Assembly (NCBI RefSeq): GCF_036567905.1
Contig: NZ_DATCTO010000012.1
Location: 55,347 to 119,346 of the forward strand
Direction of reading: 5' to 3'
DNA: 64,000 nt
Source of the DNA: Candidatus Binatus sp.
Lineage (GTDB): Bacteria; Desulfobacterota; Binatia; Binatales; Binataceae
Below the pieces are notes generated by a model. The model made no database searches. It was not told the DNA's origin and saw nothing but the letters and a program-made list of their open reading frames with translations. This document shows positions 43,914-53,610 of the stretch, in pieces. Position 1 is the stretch's first letter. Every line of letters starts with the position of its first letter. Position numbers and translations under genes: made by a program.

Positions 43914-45110
43914 ATGGAAAAGGCGCTGACCGGGGTCAAAGTTCTGGACCTGACGCAATTCGAGGCCGGCACCTCGTGCACCGAGATGCTCGCGTGGCTC
44001 GGTGCGGACGTGATCAAAGTCGAGTCGCCAAAGATGGGCGAGCAGGGCCGCTGGCTGCTCACCGAAAAGCCGGGGGTCGATTCGTACTACTTCATCCTGC
44101 TCAACGCCAACAAACGCGGCATCACGCTCAACCTCAAGAGCGAGAAGGGCCGCGCGATGTTCATCGACCTGGTCAAGCAAGTCGATATGCTGGCCGAAAA
44201 TTTTTCGCTGGGCACGCTCGAAGGCCTCGGCCTTGGCTACGATCGCCTGCGCGAAATAAATCCGCGCCTCATCTACCTGACCATCAAGGGCTTTGGCACG
44301 CACGGCCCTTACAGCAAGTACAAAAGCTTCGACATGATTGCGCAGGCTGCCGGCGGCGCGATGGCGCTTACCGGCTTTCCCGGTTCGCCCCCGCTCAAGC
44401 CCGGACCCACCATCGGCGACACCGGCACCGGCATGCATGCGGCCATCGGCGTGCTTGCCGCGTACATCCAGCGCGAACGCACCGGCAAGGGACAGAAAGT
44501 CGAAGTCTCGATGCAGGACGCGGTGCTGAACTTCGTGCGCGTTCCCATGATGGGTACCTACGTCACCCACAAACCCGCGCCGCGCGTCGGCAACCGCATT
44601 GGCGGCGGTGGTCCCGGCGACATCTATAAATGCGCGCCCGGCGGCGACAACGACTATTGCTACATCCTGTGCACGTCGCCCGAGATGTTCGAGAGCCTGT
44701 TGAAGGTGATCGGCCGCCCGGAAGTCGCGAGCGACGAGCGTTTCGCGGGACGAAACCGCGCCAAAAACGTCGACACGCTGGCCGAGATGATTAACGAGTG
44801 GACCGGCCGTCACACCAAGTTCGAGGTGATGCGCATCCTCGGCGAGGCTGGCGTCCCATGCGGCGCCGTGCTCGACAGCGTCGAGTTGCTCAACGATCCC
44901 CATCTCAAGCAGCGCGGCATGATCGTCACGATCAAGCATCCCGTGCGCGGCGACTTCACGATGCCGGGATGCCCGGTGCGCCTCGAAGATTCACCCGTCG
45001 AAGTGACAGCCGCGCCCCTGCTGGGTCAGCACAACGCCGACGTCTATGGCGATTTGCTCGGACTCGGCGCCGGCCAGCTCGAAGACCTCAAGCGCGAAGG
45101 CATCATCTGA
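43914..45110 (+). CDS. CaiB/BaiF class III CoA-transferase (formyl-CoA transferase-like)
   Basis: KVLDLTQFEAG, LGADVIKVE, NANKRGITLNLK, SFDMIAQA, APLLGQHN. Confidence 0.92.
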   Translation: MEKALTGVKVLDLTQFEAGTSCTEMLAWLGADVIKVESPKMGEQGRWLLTEKPGVDSYYFILLNANKRGITLNLKSEKGRAMFIDLVKQVDMLAENFSLGTLEGLGLGYDRLREINPRLIYLTIKGFGTHGPYSKYKSFDMIAQAAGGAMALTGFPGSPPLKPGPTIGDTGTGMHAAIGVLAAYIQRERTGKGQKVEVSMQDAVLNFVRVPMMGTYVTHKPAPRVGNRIGGGGPGDIYKCAPGGDNDYCYILCTSPEMFESLLKVIGRPEVASDERFAGRNRAKNVDTLAEMINEWTGRHTKFEVMRILGEAGVPCGAVLDSVELLNDPHLKQRGMIVTIKHPVRGDFTMPGCPVRLEDSPVEVTAAPLLGQHNADVYGDLLGLGAGQLEDLKREGII

Positions 45111-45123
45111 GGCTGCGGCTGCC

Positions 45124-46704
45124 TTGATCGGGCGCGGCGATTTGTTCGAAGCGATCGAATACCTGCGCCGCGAGGGCGAGAGCATCCTCGCGCGCTTCGC
45201 ACGCTCAAAGCGCGGCGTCGCGTACGCCGATCTGCGCCTCGAAGTCGTCTTCAATCGCGCCGGCGCTGCTGTGGGCGGTGAACCCCGCGACGGCTCTGAG
45301 AGCGAGAGCGCTGCGTACGCAGTCTCGGTTCATGTCGCCGACGGGGCGGGCCCTGTCGGTCACGGTCAGACCGGTGCCGAGATTGGCGCGCTGGCGCGCC
45401 GGCCGGCCAAACTTGTCGCCGAACTCCGGCGCGGGCTGGGCGAGGCCTTCGATCGCGCGCGCTTCAGCGCCCGCCAAAAAGCCGATCTCATCGCACATTG
45501 CGGCGACGCGGCGAAGGGCCTCCTCGTTGCGCAAATTCCACCCCGCGAAAAAGTTCGCGACGACATCGACGCGAGCTTTCGCCAGGATCCGCGCTTGCTC
45601 TCGACCGACGCGCTCAAGAAAATTTCGCTGGACGCATCGCGCGAAGTCGCCGCACTTGGCGACGCGATCGCCTACCAGGTCGTCGCCGCGATGACCGAGT
45701 TGCGCCGCGAAATATTCATCGATACCGCCGGCACCGTCGTGTCCCAGGCGTACGCGTTTTCGCAGGGCGACTGCTACGTCGTCGCCCAAATCGGCGGCGG
45801 CCACCAGGAAAGCTACGACTCGATCGGCCAGCAGCGCGGGCTCGAGTGCTTAAGCGAGGGATGGCGCGGCGAGTTGATGCCGAATCCGGACCTCGCGCGG
45901 TTTTGCGTCAACCTTGCCTCCGAAGCGCGCGAGCTTGCCGCCGCACCGATCCTGAAGCCTCCCGATGGCGAAGTCGTGGTCGTTACCGACCCGCATTTCA
46001 ACGCGCTCGTCTCGCACGAGGTCATCGGCCATCCATGCGAAGCCGATCGCGCGCTTAAGATGGAAGCCGCTTACGCCGGGCGCAGCTGGTTCCTGCGCTC
46101 GCTCGCCGACAACCAGTTGGGCAAGGCCGTCGCATCGCCACTGCTCTCCGCCTGCTCCGATCCGAGCCTCGACGGTTACGGCCACTACCGCTACGACCAC
46201 GAAGGCACGCGCGGGCGGCGCGTGATGCACATCGATCGCGGCATCTTCAGCGGCTTTCTCAATTCGCGCGCGACCGCCGCCGTGCTTGGCGCGGAGCCCA
46301 ACGGCGCGGCGCGTGCGAGCGAAGGATGGCACGTGCCGCTGATCAGAATGTCCAACACCTTCTTCCTTCCCGGGGAAACGCCACCCGAAAAAATCATCGC
46401 CGAGGTCGAGCACGGCTACTACGTCTGCGGCCATCAGATTCCCTCGATCTCCGAATCGCGCGAGAACTTCCGAATCTCCGCACGCCGCATTTATGAAATC
46501 GATCACGGGCGAATCGGGCGCCTCTATCGCTCCGGCAGCGTGATCGCCGACTCGAAAAGCTTCTTCACCAGGGTGGACGCGGTCGGCAACGATCTGCGGC
46601 TCATCGCGATCCCCAACTGCGGCAAGGGACAGCCGATGCAGGTCAAGCGCATGTCCAACGGCGGGCCGACGCTGCGCTCGCGCGCACGGCTGGCGGGCAA
46701 CTGA
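45124..46704 (+). CDS. tldD: TldD-family metalloprotease subunit (start uncertain, TTG at 45124)
   Basis: HEVIGH (HExxGH) metal site, IRMSNTF, C-terminal NCGKGQP. Confidence 0.85.
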   Translation: MIGRGDLFEAIEYLRREGESILARFARSKRGVAYADLRLEVVFNRAGAAVGGEPRDGSESESAAYAVSVHVADGAGPVGHGQTGAEIGALARRPAKLVAELRRGLGEAFDRARFSARQKADLIAHCGDAAKGLLVAQIPPREKVRDDIDASFRQDPRLLSTDALKKISLDASREVAALGDAIAYQVVAAMTELRREIFIDTAGTVVSQAYAFSQGDCYVVAQIGGGHQESYDSIGQQRGLECLSEGWRGELMPNPDLARFCVNLASEARELAAAPILKPPDGEVVVVTDPHFNALVSHEVIGHPCEADRALKMEAAYAGRSWFLRSLADNQLGKAVASPLLSACSDPSLDGYGHYRYDHEGTRGRRVMHIDRGIFSGFLNSRATAAVLGAEPNGAARASEGWHVPLIRMSNTFFLPGETPPEKIIAEVEHGYYVCGHQIPSISESRENFRISARRIYEIDHGRIGRLYRSGSVIADSKSFFTRVDAVGNDLRLIAIPNCGKGQPMQVKRMSNGGPTLRSRARLAGN

Positions 46705-48242
46705 TGCGCACGCTCGCCGAGCTCAAGTCCTTCACCCGCGAAGCTGCGCGGATTCTCGCGCGCGAGAAGGACCTCGCTAGCTACGAGATCTATTGCGCCA
46801 GCGCCGAGCATCGAATCGCCCGCCTCAACTACACCTCCGACATCCCGAGCCGCGGCCTCGAGGAGTTCAAGTCGCTTCATGCCGACGGATTCCAGTTGCG
46901 GATCGCGATGCGCCGTGATCCGCACGAAGTCGGCGCGGCATTTGAAGCCGGCGATTTCAGCTCCGACTCGGTCCGCGACGCGCTCCGCCGCGCACGCAGC
47001 GCCGCCGTCATCGATCCGCATTTCCCCGGCTTCCCGTCCGGCGCGCTCGGCCGCAAGCCCGGGTTGTCCGAAAAAAGCGATTTGGTGAGAGTGGGGGACG
47101 GCGCGATCGCTGCTGCCGCGTGGGAGGTGCTGGACGGCGCGCTGGCTGCATTCGCGAAGCGGTCCGCGAACGATCGCTTTGGCGCGTCTCGAATCGAGCA
47201 CCCCGGTCTCATCATCGGCGGCGACATATCCGTGATTCGCGATCGAATCGCGATCTTCAATTCGAATTTCGCTGAAGTCCGGCTCGACGAGAGCGCGCAT
47301 TTCAACGCCTCGGTCACGTCGATAATCGAATCGCTCGACGCCAAGGGTACCGCCGGCGCGCTCGGCGATTGCGCCGCTGCGATGCGCCGCGCCGCCCGCG
47401 TGCTGGGCCGCGACGCCGTCCGCCGCGCGCTTGCCCTCTCCCACGGCGTTCGGCCCGCGTCGGGAAAATTTCGCGTCGTGCTTGGACCGCAGCCGGTCGC
47501 CGAGATTCTCAACTACATGGTGATGGGCTCGCTCACCACCGGTGCATTTCACGCCGCCAGTTCCGCCTATCACGGAAAATTTGGCGCGCCCGTGATGGAT
47601 TCACGCTTGAGCGTTGCCGACGACCCGGCCTTTAGCGCCGGCGCGATTCGCCGCCGAATCACCTGCGAAGGAATACCCACGGGCCGTGTCGAATTGATCC
47701 GCGACGGCAGGCTCGTCGGCCTGCTCTCGAACTTCTACGATACTCACCGCCTGCTCACCGACGAGCATCGCGCCGAAAAGCTCGGCGCAGGGGCGCCCGC
47801 GAGACTCGACTTCGCTGCGCTGAGCGGTTACCGGCTCGGCGAAGGCGGCGGCCGGCGCTTCGACGCAAGTCCCGGCGCGGCGGGCACCAACGTCGTGATG
47901 CGCGCGCGCGGCGGAGTCACGGATCGTGAACTCGTGCGCGCCGTCGGCGACGGAATTTACGTCGGACGCATCTGGTACACCTATCCAATCAACGGCCAGC
48001 GCGCCGGCGACTTCACCTGCACCGTCAGCGGCGACTCCTACATTGTTCGCGACGGCGAAATCGCCGAGCCGCTCGCCCCCAACTGTCTGCGCATCAACGC
48101 GAACATCGCCGAGGTGTTCGAGCATCCACTCGCGGTCAGTATGCGGCCGCATCCGGCCACCGTGTGGGGCTCGCCCGAGGCCTACTACGTTCCCGCGATC
48201 GCGGCCGGCTCGATCGCACTGGCCGAAGTCGCCGCCACCTGA
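46704..48242 (+). CDS. pmbA: TldE/PmbA-family subunit
   Basis: Start overlaps the tldD stop; no HExxH; VADDP, EG.PT...LIRDG.L, GDFT..VSG. Confidence 0.8.
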   Translation: MRTLAELKSFTREAARILAREKDLASYEIYCASAEHRIARLNYTSDIPSRGLEEFKSLHADGFQLRIAMRRDPHEVGAAFEAGDFSSDSVRDALRRARSAAVIDPHFPGFPSGALGRKPGLSEKSDLVRVGDGAIAAAAWEVLDGALAAFAKRSANDRFGASRIEHPGLIIGGDISVIRDRIAIFNSNFAEVRLDESAHFNASVTSIIESLDAKGTAGALGDCAAAMRRAARVLGRDAVRRALALSHGVRPASGKFRVVLGPQPVAEILNYMVMGSLTTGAFHAASSAYHGKFGAPVMDSRLSVADDPAFSAGAIRRRITCEGIPTGRVELIRDGRLVGLLSNFYDTHRLLTDEHRAEKLGAGAPARLDFAALSGYRLGEGGGRRFDASPGAAGTNVVMRARGGVTDRELVRAVGDGIYVGRIWYTYPINGQRAGDFTCTVSGDSYIVRDGEIAEPLAPNCLRINANIAEVFEHPLAVSMRPHPATVWGSPEAYYVPAIAAGSIALAEVAAT

Positions 48243-48273
48243 CTGCCTGCGATGCTCACTCACATCCGCGCGA

Positions 48274-48486
48274 TCACGTCGCGCGAAAAATTGTCGATGC
48301 AATCATCGGTGCGACGCCAATAGCCGCGAACACGCGATGCATCACGCGCATCGGATCGTCGGGATAGCGCTCCGCCAGCATCGCGCGCAGCTCGTCGTCG
48401 AATGCCGCAACTCCTTCTGGCGCAAGGCTTGCCCCGACCCCGGCGCTGGCGCGAATCCGCCCGCGCCACGCCGCCGCCGAGCTCAT
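48274..48486 (-). pseudogene. C-terminal remnant of a class I SAM-dependent methyltransferase
   Basis: AWRGRIRASAGVGASLAPEGVAAFDDELRAML...PMRVMHRVFA resembles the tail of small Methyltransf_11-type proteins; no SAM-binding GxGxG upstream. Confidence 0.6.
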
Positions 48487-48636
48487 GCGCCGTTCCTCCC
48501 GTGAACTTGACTGTATATAACCACCGCCATCGAGTGCAGCGTTCAAGAAAATGCGTTAGAGGTGAGCTGGCTGCGTATTCATCGCGACGCGTTTGCTCCG
48601 GTGCCCCACATGGGAAGGGCTTAGGGGGTTGGGTAA

Positions 48637-49827
48637 ATGGATTTTCAATTTAGTCCTGAACAGGAATCGTTCCGCCACAAGGTCCGCGCCTGGCTCGAGG
48701 CGAATCTGCCCAAGGACCTGTGCGTTGACGACGCCCAGGATGAACGGGTCGCGCCCAATCGCGAGATCTTCGAACGCCGCCGCGCGTGGCAGGCGAAGCT
48801 CCACAGCGCCGGATACGCCGGCCTCTCGTGGCCCAAAGAGTACGGCGGGCACGCCGCCAGCCTGATCGAGCAGGTCATTTGGGACGAGGAATATTCCCGC
48901 GCCCGCGCGCCCGTGCTGCCCGGATATTTCGGGCTGGGACTGTGCGGTCCCACGCTGATGAATTGGGGGACCGAGGCGCAGAAGAAACGCTTCATCCCGC
49001 GAATCCTCGGCGCCGACGACATCTGGTGCCAGGGCTACTCGGAGCCGGGCGCCGGTTCCGATCTCGCCGGCCTATCCACCCGCGCCGCCGACAGGGGCGA
49101 CTACTTTCTCGTCAACGGCCAGAAAGTCTGGACCTCGGCCGCGCAATACGCGGACTGGATGTTCATGCTCGCGCGCACCGACCCCGACGCGCCCAAGCAT
49201 CGCGGCATCAGCTACTTGCTGCTCGACATGAAAAGCCCGGGCATCAGCGTGCGGCCGCTGGTCCTGATGAACGGGCACTCGCATTTCAACGAAGTTTTCT
49301 TCGACAACACGCAGGTGCCGAAGGAAAACCTGGTCGGCCCGCTCAACGAAGGATGGAAAGTCGCGATGACGACGCTCAGCTACGAGCGCGCATCCGCCGG
49401 CGGTGGCGGACACGGCTCCCAGGTCCGTCGGCTCGCGGAACTCGCGAAGATCGTGTGCATCGGCGGCAAGCCCGCGTGGGAACAGGAATGGGTGCGCCAG
49501 CAGCTTGCGCAATTCATCATCGAATGCGAGGCCGCGCGCTACACGCGCCTGCGCTCGCTCACGCGCCTGCTGCGCGGATTGCCGCCGGGACCCGAGGGCT
49601 CGATGCTCAAATTGTTCGGCTCCGAACTTGGCGTGCGCATCGCGCGCTTCTCGACCGAGCTGCTCGGCGCCTACGGCCTGGTCGGCGAGCCCACCGGCGT
49701 CGTCGCCGATTCTCCGCGATGGCTCAACCGCGTGCTCAGCTCGCGCCAATACACCATCGCCGGCGGCACCAGCGAAATCCAGCGCAACATTATCGGCGAG
49801 CGCACGCTCGGTCTCCCCAAGGGATAA
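48637..49827 (+). CDS. Acyl-CoA dehydrogenase
   Basis: MDFQFSPEQESFR, WCQGYSEPGAGSD, NGQKVWTS, TIAGGTSEIQRNIIGER. Confidence 0.93.
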   Translation: MDFQFSPEQESFRHKVRAWLEANLPKDLCVDDAQDERVAPNREIFERRRAWQAKLHSAGYAGLSWPKEYGGHAASLIEQVIWDEEYSRARAPVLPGYFGLGLCGPTLMNWGTEAQKKRFIPRILGADDIWCQGYSEPGAGSDLAGLSTRAADRGDYFLVNGQKVWTSAAQYADWMFMLARTDPDAPKHRGISYLLLDMKSPGISVRPLVLMNGHSHFNEVFFDNTQVPKENLVGPLNEGWKVAMTTLSYERASAGGGGHGSQVRRLAELAKIVCIGGKPAWEQEWVRQQLAQFIIECEAARYTRLRSLTRLLRGLPPGPEGSMLKLFGSELGVRIARFSTELLGAYGLVGEPTGVVADSPRWLNRVLSSRQYTIAGGTSEIQRNIIGERTLGLPKG

Positions 49828-49868
49828 GCCTCGAATTCGACACTCCAACGATCGACGGGGGACTTAAC

Positions 49869-50285
49869 ATGGAATTCGAACTGCTCTGCGAGATTGAAAT
49901 CGAGCTTGCGCCGCCGCCAATAGTAATTCCGGATACGCCTGAGGGAACGCGCGTAGTCATTCACGTGAGCGGTGGCAGATTCGAAGGCCCGCGCTTCAAT
50001 GGCAAGGTGCTTGCCAGCGGCGCCGATTGGTTCCTGATGCGCCCCGACGGCATCGGTGTCATCGACGTGCGCCTGGTGCTGAGGACGCACGACCGTGAAA
50101 ATATCTATATGACCTACAGCGGACGCGCGCAGTTGGATGTCGGTGGCCCGACTGCGTTGGTTACTGCAGCGACCTTTGCCGCCTCGACCAATGGCAAATA
50201 CGCCTGGCTTAACGCCGTGCAGGCGATCGGCGTCGGCGAGCCGAGCCCCGTCGGCGTGAAGTACAAAGTATATTTGCCGAAGTAG
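49869..50285 (+). CDS. DUF3237-family protein
   Basis: GTRVVIHVSGGRFEGPRFNGKVL..GADW...DVR...T.D...IY..Y.G; KYAWLN.V.AIGVG. Confidence 0.8.
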   Translation: MEFELLCEIEIELAPPPIVIPDTPEGTRVVIHVSGGRFEGPRFNGKVLASGADWFLMRPDGIGVIDVRLVLRTHDRENIYMTYSGRAQLDVGGPTALVTAATFAASTNGKYAWLNAVQAIGVGEPSPVGVKYKVYLPK

Positions 50286-50295
50286 TCTGCGATCG

Positions 50296-51735
50296 TCACC
50301 CGGCGAGCCTTGCGCGCAGGATATCGTTGATCACTTTCGGATTTGCCTTCCCGCCCATCGCCTTCATCACCGCGCCGACGAAAAATCCGAACAGCTTGTC
50401 GCGTCCCGCGCGATACTCGGCGACTTTTTCCGGCTCCGCCGCCAGCACCTTGTCGCAGGCCGCCGCGATCGCGCTCTCATCCGATACTTGCGCGAGTCCC
50501 AGCTCGGCGATTGTCGCCTCCGCCCCTTCCCCGGATTTCACCATCGCGGCAAACGCGGTCTTCGCGGCATTCAGGCTTATCTTCTGCTCTTCGACCATCC
50601 GCAGCAGCGCGCCGACCTCGCGCGCCGGCGGCGCCGCTTCGACGAACGACTTGCCTGAGTCGCGCGCGACGCGCAGCACTTCGCTCATCACCCAGTTCGC
50701 CGCGCTCTTGCGATTCTTGAGTCCGGGCAGCGTTGCTTCGAAGTAGTCGGCGACGTCGCGGTCGGCGATCAGCACGCCCGCCTCGTATTCCGTCAGGCCC
50801 AGTTCGCGCACGTAGCGCGCCTTCCGGTCAGCCGGCAGTTCGGGCATCGAAACGCGCACCTTTTCCACCATTTCGGCCGGAACAATCAGCGGCGGCAGGT
50901 CCGGCTCGGGGAAATAGCGATAGTCATTCGCATACTCTTTCGAGCGCATCGGGCGCGTTTCCTTGCGCGCGGGATCCCACAGATGAGTCTCCTGCGCGAT
51001 TTTGCCGCCCGATTCGACAATAGCTATTTGGCGTCCGACCTCATAGTCAATTGCGTCTTCGACGAAGCGGAAGGAGTTGAGATTCTTAATCTCAGTTCTG
51101 ATGCCATACTCCTTCGCGCCGCGCTTGCGGATCGACACGTTGCAATCGCAGCGGAAGCTGCCTTCCTCCATCTTACCGTCGGACGCATCGACGTATCGAA
51201 GTATCGCGCGCAGTTGGCGCAAGTACGCGCCTGCGTCCTCGGCCGAGCGCAGGTCGGGCTCGCTGACGATCTCGATCAGCGGCACCCCCGAGCGATTGAA
51301 ATCGACCAGGCTGGCGTTTTCGCCGTGGATGTTCTTGCCCGCATCTTCCTCGATATGAATTCGGGTGAGCCCGATTCGGCGCGGCTCGCCATTGTCAGCC
51401 GGCGGCAAATCGATATAGCCACCTTTGCAGATGGGAGTTTCGTACTGACTAATCTGGTAGCCCTTGGGCAGATCGGGATAGAAGTAGCTCTTTCGATCGA
51501 AAATAGAATAGGGCGCGATCGCGCAATGCGCCGCCAGCCCGGTTCGAATCGCGAGCTCCACCACGCGGCGGTTGAGGACCGGCAGCACGCCGGGCATCCC
51601 CATGCACACCGGGCAGACGTTTTCATTGGGTCCCGCGCCGAAAGTCGTCGAGCATCCGCAGAACAGTTTCGAGCGGGTGAGAAGATGGGTGTGGACTTCG
51701 AGTCCGATCACCGCCTCGTATGCTTCCCGATTCAT
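50296..51735 (-). CDS. gatB: Asp/Glu-tRNA(Asn/Gln) amidotransferase subunit B
   Basis: VIGLEVH, FDRKSYFYPDLPKGYQISQ, HIEEDAGK, DYRYFPEPDLPP. Confidence 0.98.
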   Translation of the reverse strand: MNREAYEAVIGLEVHTHLLTRSKLFCGCSTTFGAGPNENVCPVCMGMPGVLPVLNRRVVELAIRTGLAAHCAIAPYSIFDRKSYFYPDLPKGYQISQYETPICKGGYIDLPPADNGEPRRIGLTRIHIEEDAGKNIHGENASLVDFNRSGVPLIEIVSEPDLRSAEDAGAYLRQLRAILRYVDASDGKMEEGSFRCDCNVSIRKRGAKEYGIRTEIKNLNSFRFVEDAIDYEVGRQIAIVESGGKIAQETHLWDPARKETRPMRSKEYANDYRYFPEPDLPPLIVPAEMVEKVRVSMPELPADRKARYVRELGLTEYEAGVLIADRDVADYFEATLPGLKNRKSAANWVMSEVLRVARDSGKSFVEAAPPAREVGALLRMVEEQKISLNAAKTAFAAMVKSGEGAEATIAELGLAQVSDESAIAAACDKVLAAEPEKVAEYRAGRDKLFGFFVGAVMKAMGGKANPKVINDILRARLAG

Positions 51736-51797
51736 CGCAATTATCCGTCAGAGCGCGCGTGTGACGCTAACACACAGCGGATAGCGAAGGCGACTGT
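51736..51797. repeat. Cassette-junction repeat, copy A (52-bp core 51746-51797)
   Basis: CGTCAGAGCGCG(c)GTGTGACGCTAACACACAGCGGATAGCGAAGGCGACTGT matches 53522-53573 at 51 of 52 positions. Confidence 0.95.
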
Positions 51798-51799
51798 CT

Positions 51800-52912
51800 C
51801 TACGATCCCGCCGAGGTCCGATGTTTTATCGGTGGACGATTTAGCTCGACTGGCTCCTCGTTTACTTGACGATAATACTCATCGGGTTCCTGCCCATACG
51901 AAAGCCGCGCTTTTGCAAGTTTCGCCACGACCGGATCCGAATCGGCGGCGAGATCCTTGAGATCCGCCATCGCCTCGGGCGTGCCTATATAGGAGAGAAT
52001 GACCGCTGCCCTCACCCGCTCGTTGGGATCGCTGTTCTCTGAAGCCTTGATGGCGTCGCTCATGGTGGCGTCTGAGTGTATGCCAAGAAACGCTTCGGTT
52101 TTTGCGGCTTCCACTCGCTCACAGTCATAATCCGAATCAGGTGTGGGGGCAGGGGCTGCGGCTGGCGATGAAGATGCGGCGGGAGCGGGAAACAATGCCC
52201 CTCCCCCCATCGAATGATCGTTCGAAGAATTGGCGAAAGACCCAGCCGGGGGAACCGGAACCATCGCCGGCTGAGGCGCTGGCGTCTGGCCAGCCGCCGG
52301 CGCTTGCGCCTCTTCAGCGCCGGAGGAACTAGCGGCGATCTGCTTTTTCAGAGACTTGAGATGCTGCTCGTAATATCCTTTGTACTGGCTGCTTACCTCG
52401 GTATAGCCGCCGCCCCTCCAGGCGAAGATCATAGGCCATTCGGCGTCGCATCCAAGGCGCCGGCTTTCAGAGGGCGCCAGCGGACCATATAGGACCAGCT
52501 CGAGATTGCCGTCGTGCTTGATATCCTGGATGCTGTCGCGAAGATTTTCCGTTGAATTGGCGAAGGTTGAGTAATGTTCGAAACCGGATGACGTCTTATC
52601 GAAAATTTCGGTCCCCTCGCACCCTGCCGTAGCGCCAACATCGATCACAACAACTAAGGAAAGGTTGCCGGAGTGGCGCAAATCCGCGAAGCGAAAGTCG
52701 CATACGTGGCCGAAGCCATTGCGAAACGGGCCGCTCACGAATGCCCATACAGCATCTGCCGGGGGTGAATTCGACGCCAGATTGTGAGCGCTTTTAACCG
52801 ACCAATCGGCCGTCGCCAGGTTAGGCTTAGCAGCCGAGGTTTGGGCCCATCCGGCTAAGGATAGTAGGCACGCCGAGCAAAACGCGACAACAACGGCTGC
52901 TATCTTGTTCAT
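51800..52912 (-). CDS. Secreted hypothetical protein (FG-GAP/VCBS-like motifs, Pro/Ala linker, C-terminal HEAT-like repeat); paralog of 53611-54693
   Basis: Signal peptide MNKIAAVVVAFC...GWA-Q; FADLRHSGNLSLVV, IQDIKHDGNLELVL; RVRAAVILSYIG...LKDLAADSDPVVAKLA. Confidence 0.8.
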   Translation of the reverse strand: MNKIAAVVVAFCSACLLSLAGWAQTSAAKPNLATADWSVKSAHNLASNSPPADAVWAFVSGPFRNGFGHVCDFRFADLRHSGNLSLVVVIDVGATAGCEGTEIFDKTSSGFEHYSTFANSTENLRDSIQDIKHDGNLELVLYGPLAPSESRRLGCDAEWPMIFAWRGGGYTEVSSQYKGYYEQHLKSLKKQIAASSSGAEEAQAPAAGQTPAPQPAMVPVPPAGSFANSSNDHSMGGGALFPAPAASSSPAAAPAPTPDSDYDCERVEAAKTEAFLGIHSDATMSDAIKASENSDPNERVRAAVILSYIGTPEAMADLKDLAADSDPVVAKLAKARLSYGQEPDEYYRQVNEEPVELNRPPIKHRTSAGS

Positions 52913-52929
52913 GGAGTGTTTCATTATTG

Positions 52930-53511
52930 CTAGCATTTCTTCTTCTGGCATTGTTTAAGGTTAATGGGAGGATCTGGTGATGGTGGCGTTCCAGTGCACG
53001 TAGAGGTGGACCCGCCAGGCGGAGCAGTATTACGGACGCCTGCTACATAGCAGACACCGCAGTAATTCTTGGCCGTATTAATTTCCCATTGCCACTGTAC
53101 TGAGCACGTGGTCTTATCCGTCACCTTCCCAGAGCATTGGGGGGCGTAGTATTGCGCAGATTCTACTTTTCCTGGATGAGGACCGTATAATTCCAGCGCC
53201 ATCTCTTCCAACTGACATCTAGTCAGGTCTGGTGGCATTGGAGCGTAACTAGTTTGCATACCGACAGCAAAGGCATCCGCCGTGTTCAATGCGTTCTGAA
53301 ACACGCCTTGAACACCGTCCTGCGTATTTTGCAGCCAATTCCAGGCATCTGGTTGAGAGACCGGAACCTGCATTAGGCCGATGTGCGATCCCGCGGCTGA
53401 TTTAGGTTTTTTGGTCGGCAAGCTCTCGTTAGGCCAAGAATCAATTATGCCGTACGGTGCCCTAGGCGATTTTGCAGGCATAAAGAACTGTTCATAGGTG
53501 CTTTCCTTCAT
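52930..53511 (-). CDS. N-terminally truncated, Cys-rich, lysozyme/lytic-transglycosylase-like domain (putative orphan effector)
   Basis: ES motifs (residues 3-4 and 29-30), GLMQV, 8 Cys, no signal peptide, in-frame TGA four codons upstream of the ATG, lower GC than the flanks. Confidence 0.55.
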   Translation of the reverse strand: MKESTYEQFFMPAKSPRAPYGIIDSWPNESLPTKKPKSAAGSHIGLMQVPVSQPDAWNWLQNTQDGVQGVFQNALNTADAFAVGMQTSYAPMPPDLTRCQLEEMALELYGPHPGKVESAQYYAPQCSGKVTDKTTCSVQWQWEINTAKNYCGVCYVAGVRNTAPPGGSTSTCTGTPPSPDPPINLKQCQKKKC

Positions 53512-53573
53512 CGCAAACGCGCGTCAGAGCGCGAGTGTGACGCTAACACACAGCGGATAGCGAAGGCGACTGT
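53512..53573. repeat. Cassette-junction repeat, copy B (52-bp core 53522-53573)
   Basis: Near-identical to 51746-51797. Confidence 0.95.
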
Positions 53574-53610
53574 GCTTGCGATACCGCCGCTGACCCCGCG
53601 CGAACCCAGA

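Noticed and set aside
48510-48530. CTGTATATAACCACCG resembling an E. coli LexA box
   Set aside because: The right half is mismatched, it does not precede an SOS gene, and the gammaproteobacterial consensus is unlikely to apply to this lineage.
51746-51797. The 52-bp repeat as an integron attC site or CRISPR repeat
   Set aside because: No RYYYAAC...GTTRRRY pairing on the coding strand. There are only two full copies separated by 1.7 kb of genes, with no spacer array, cas genes or intI.
52143-52165. GGGGCAGGGGCTGCGG resembling the repeat hairpin
   Set aside because: It is only a half site and is explained by the Pro/Ala linker codons of the ORF.
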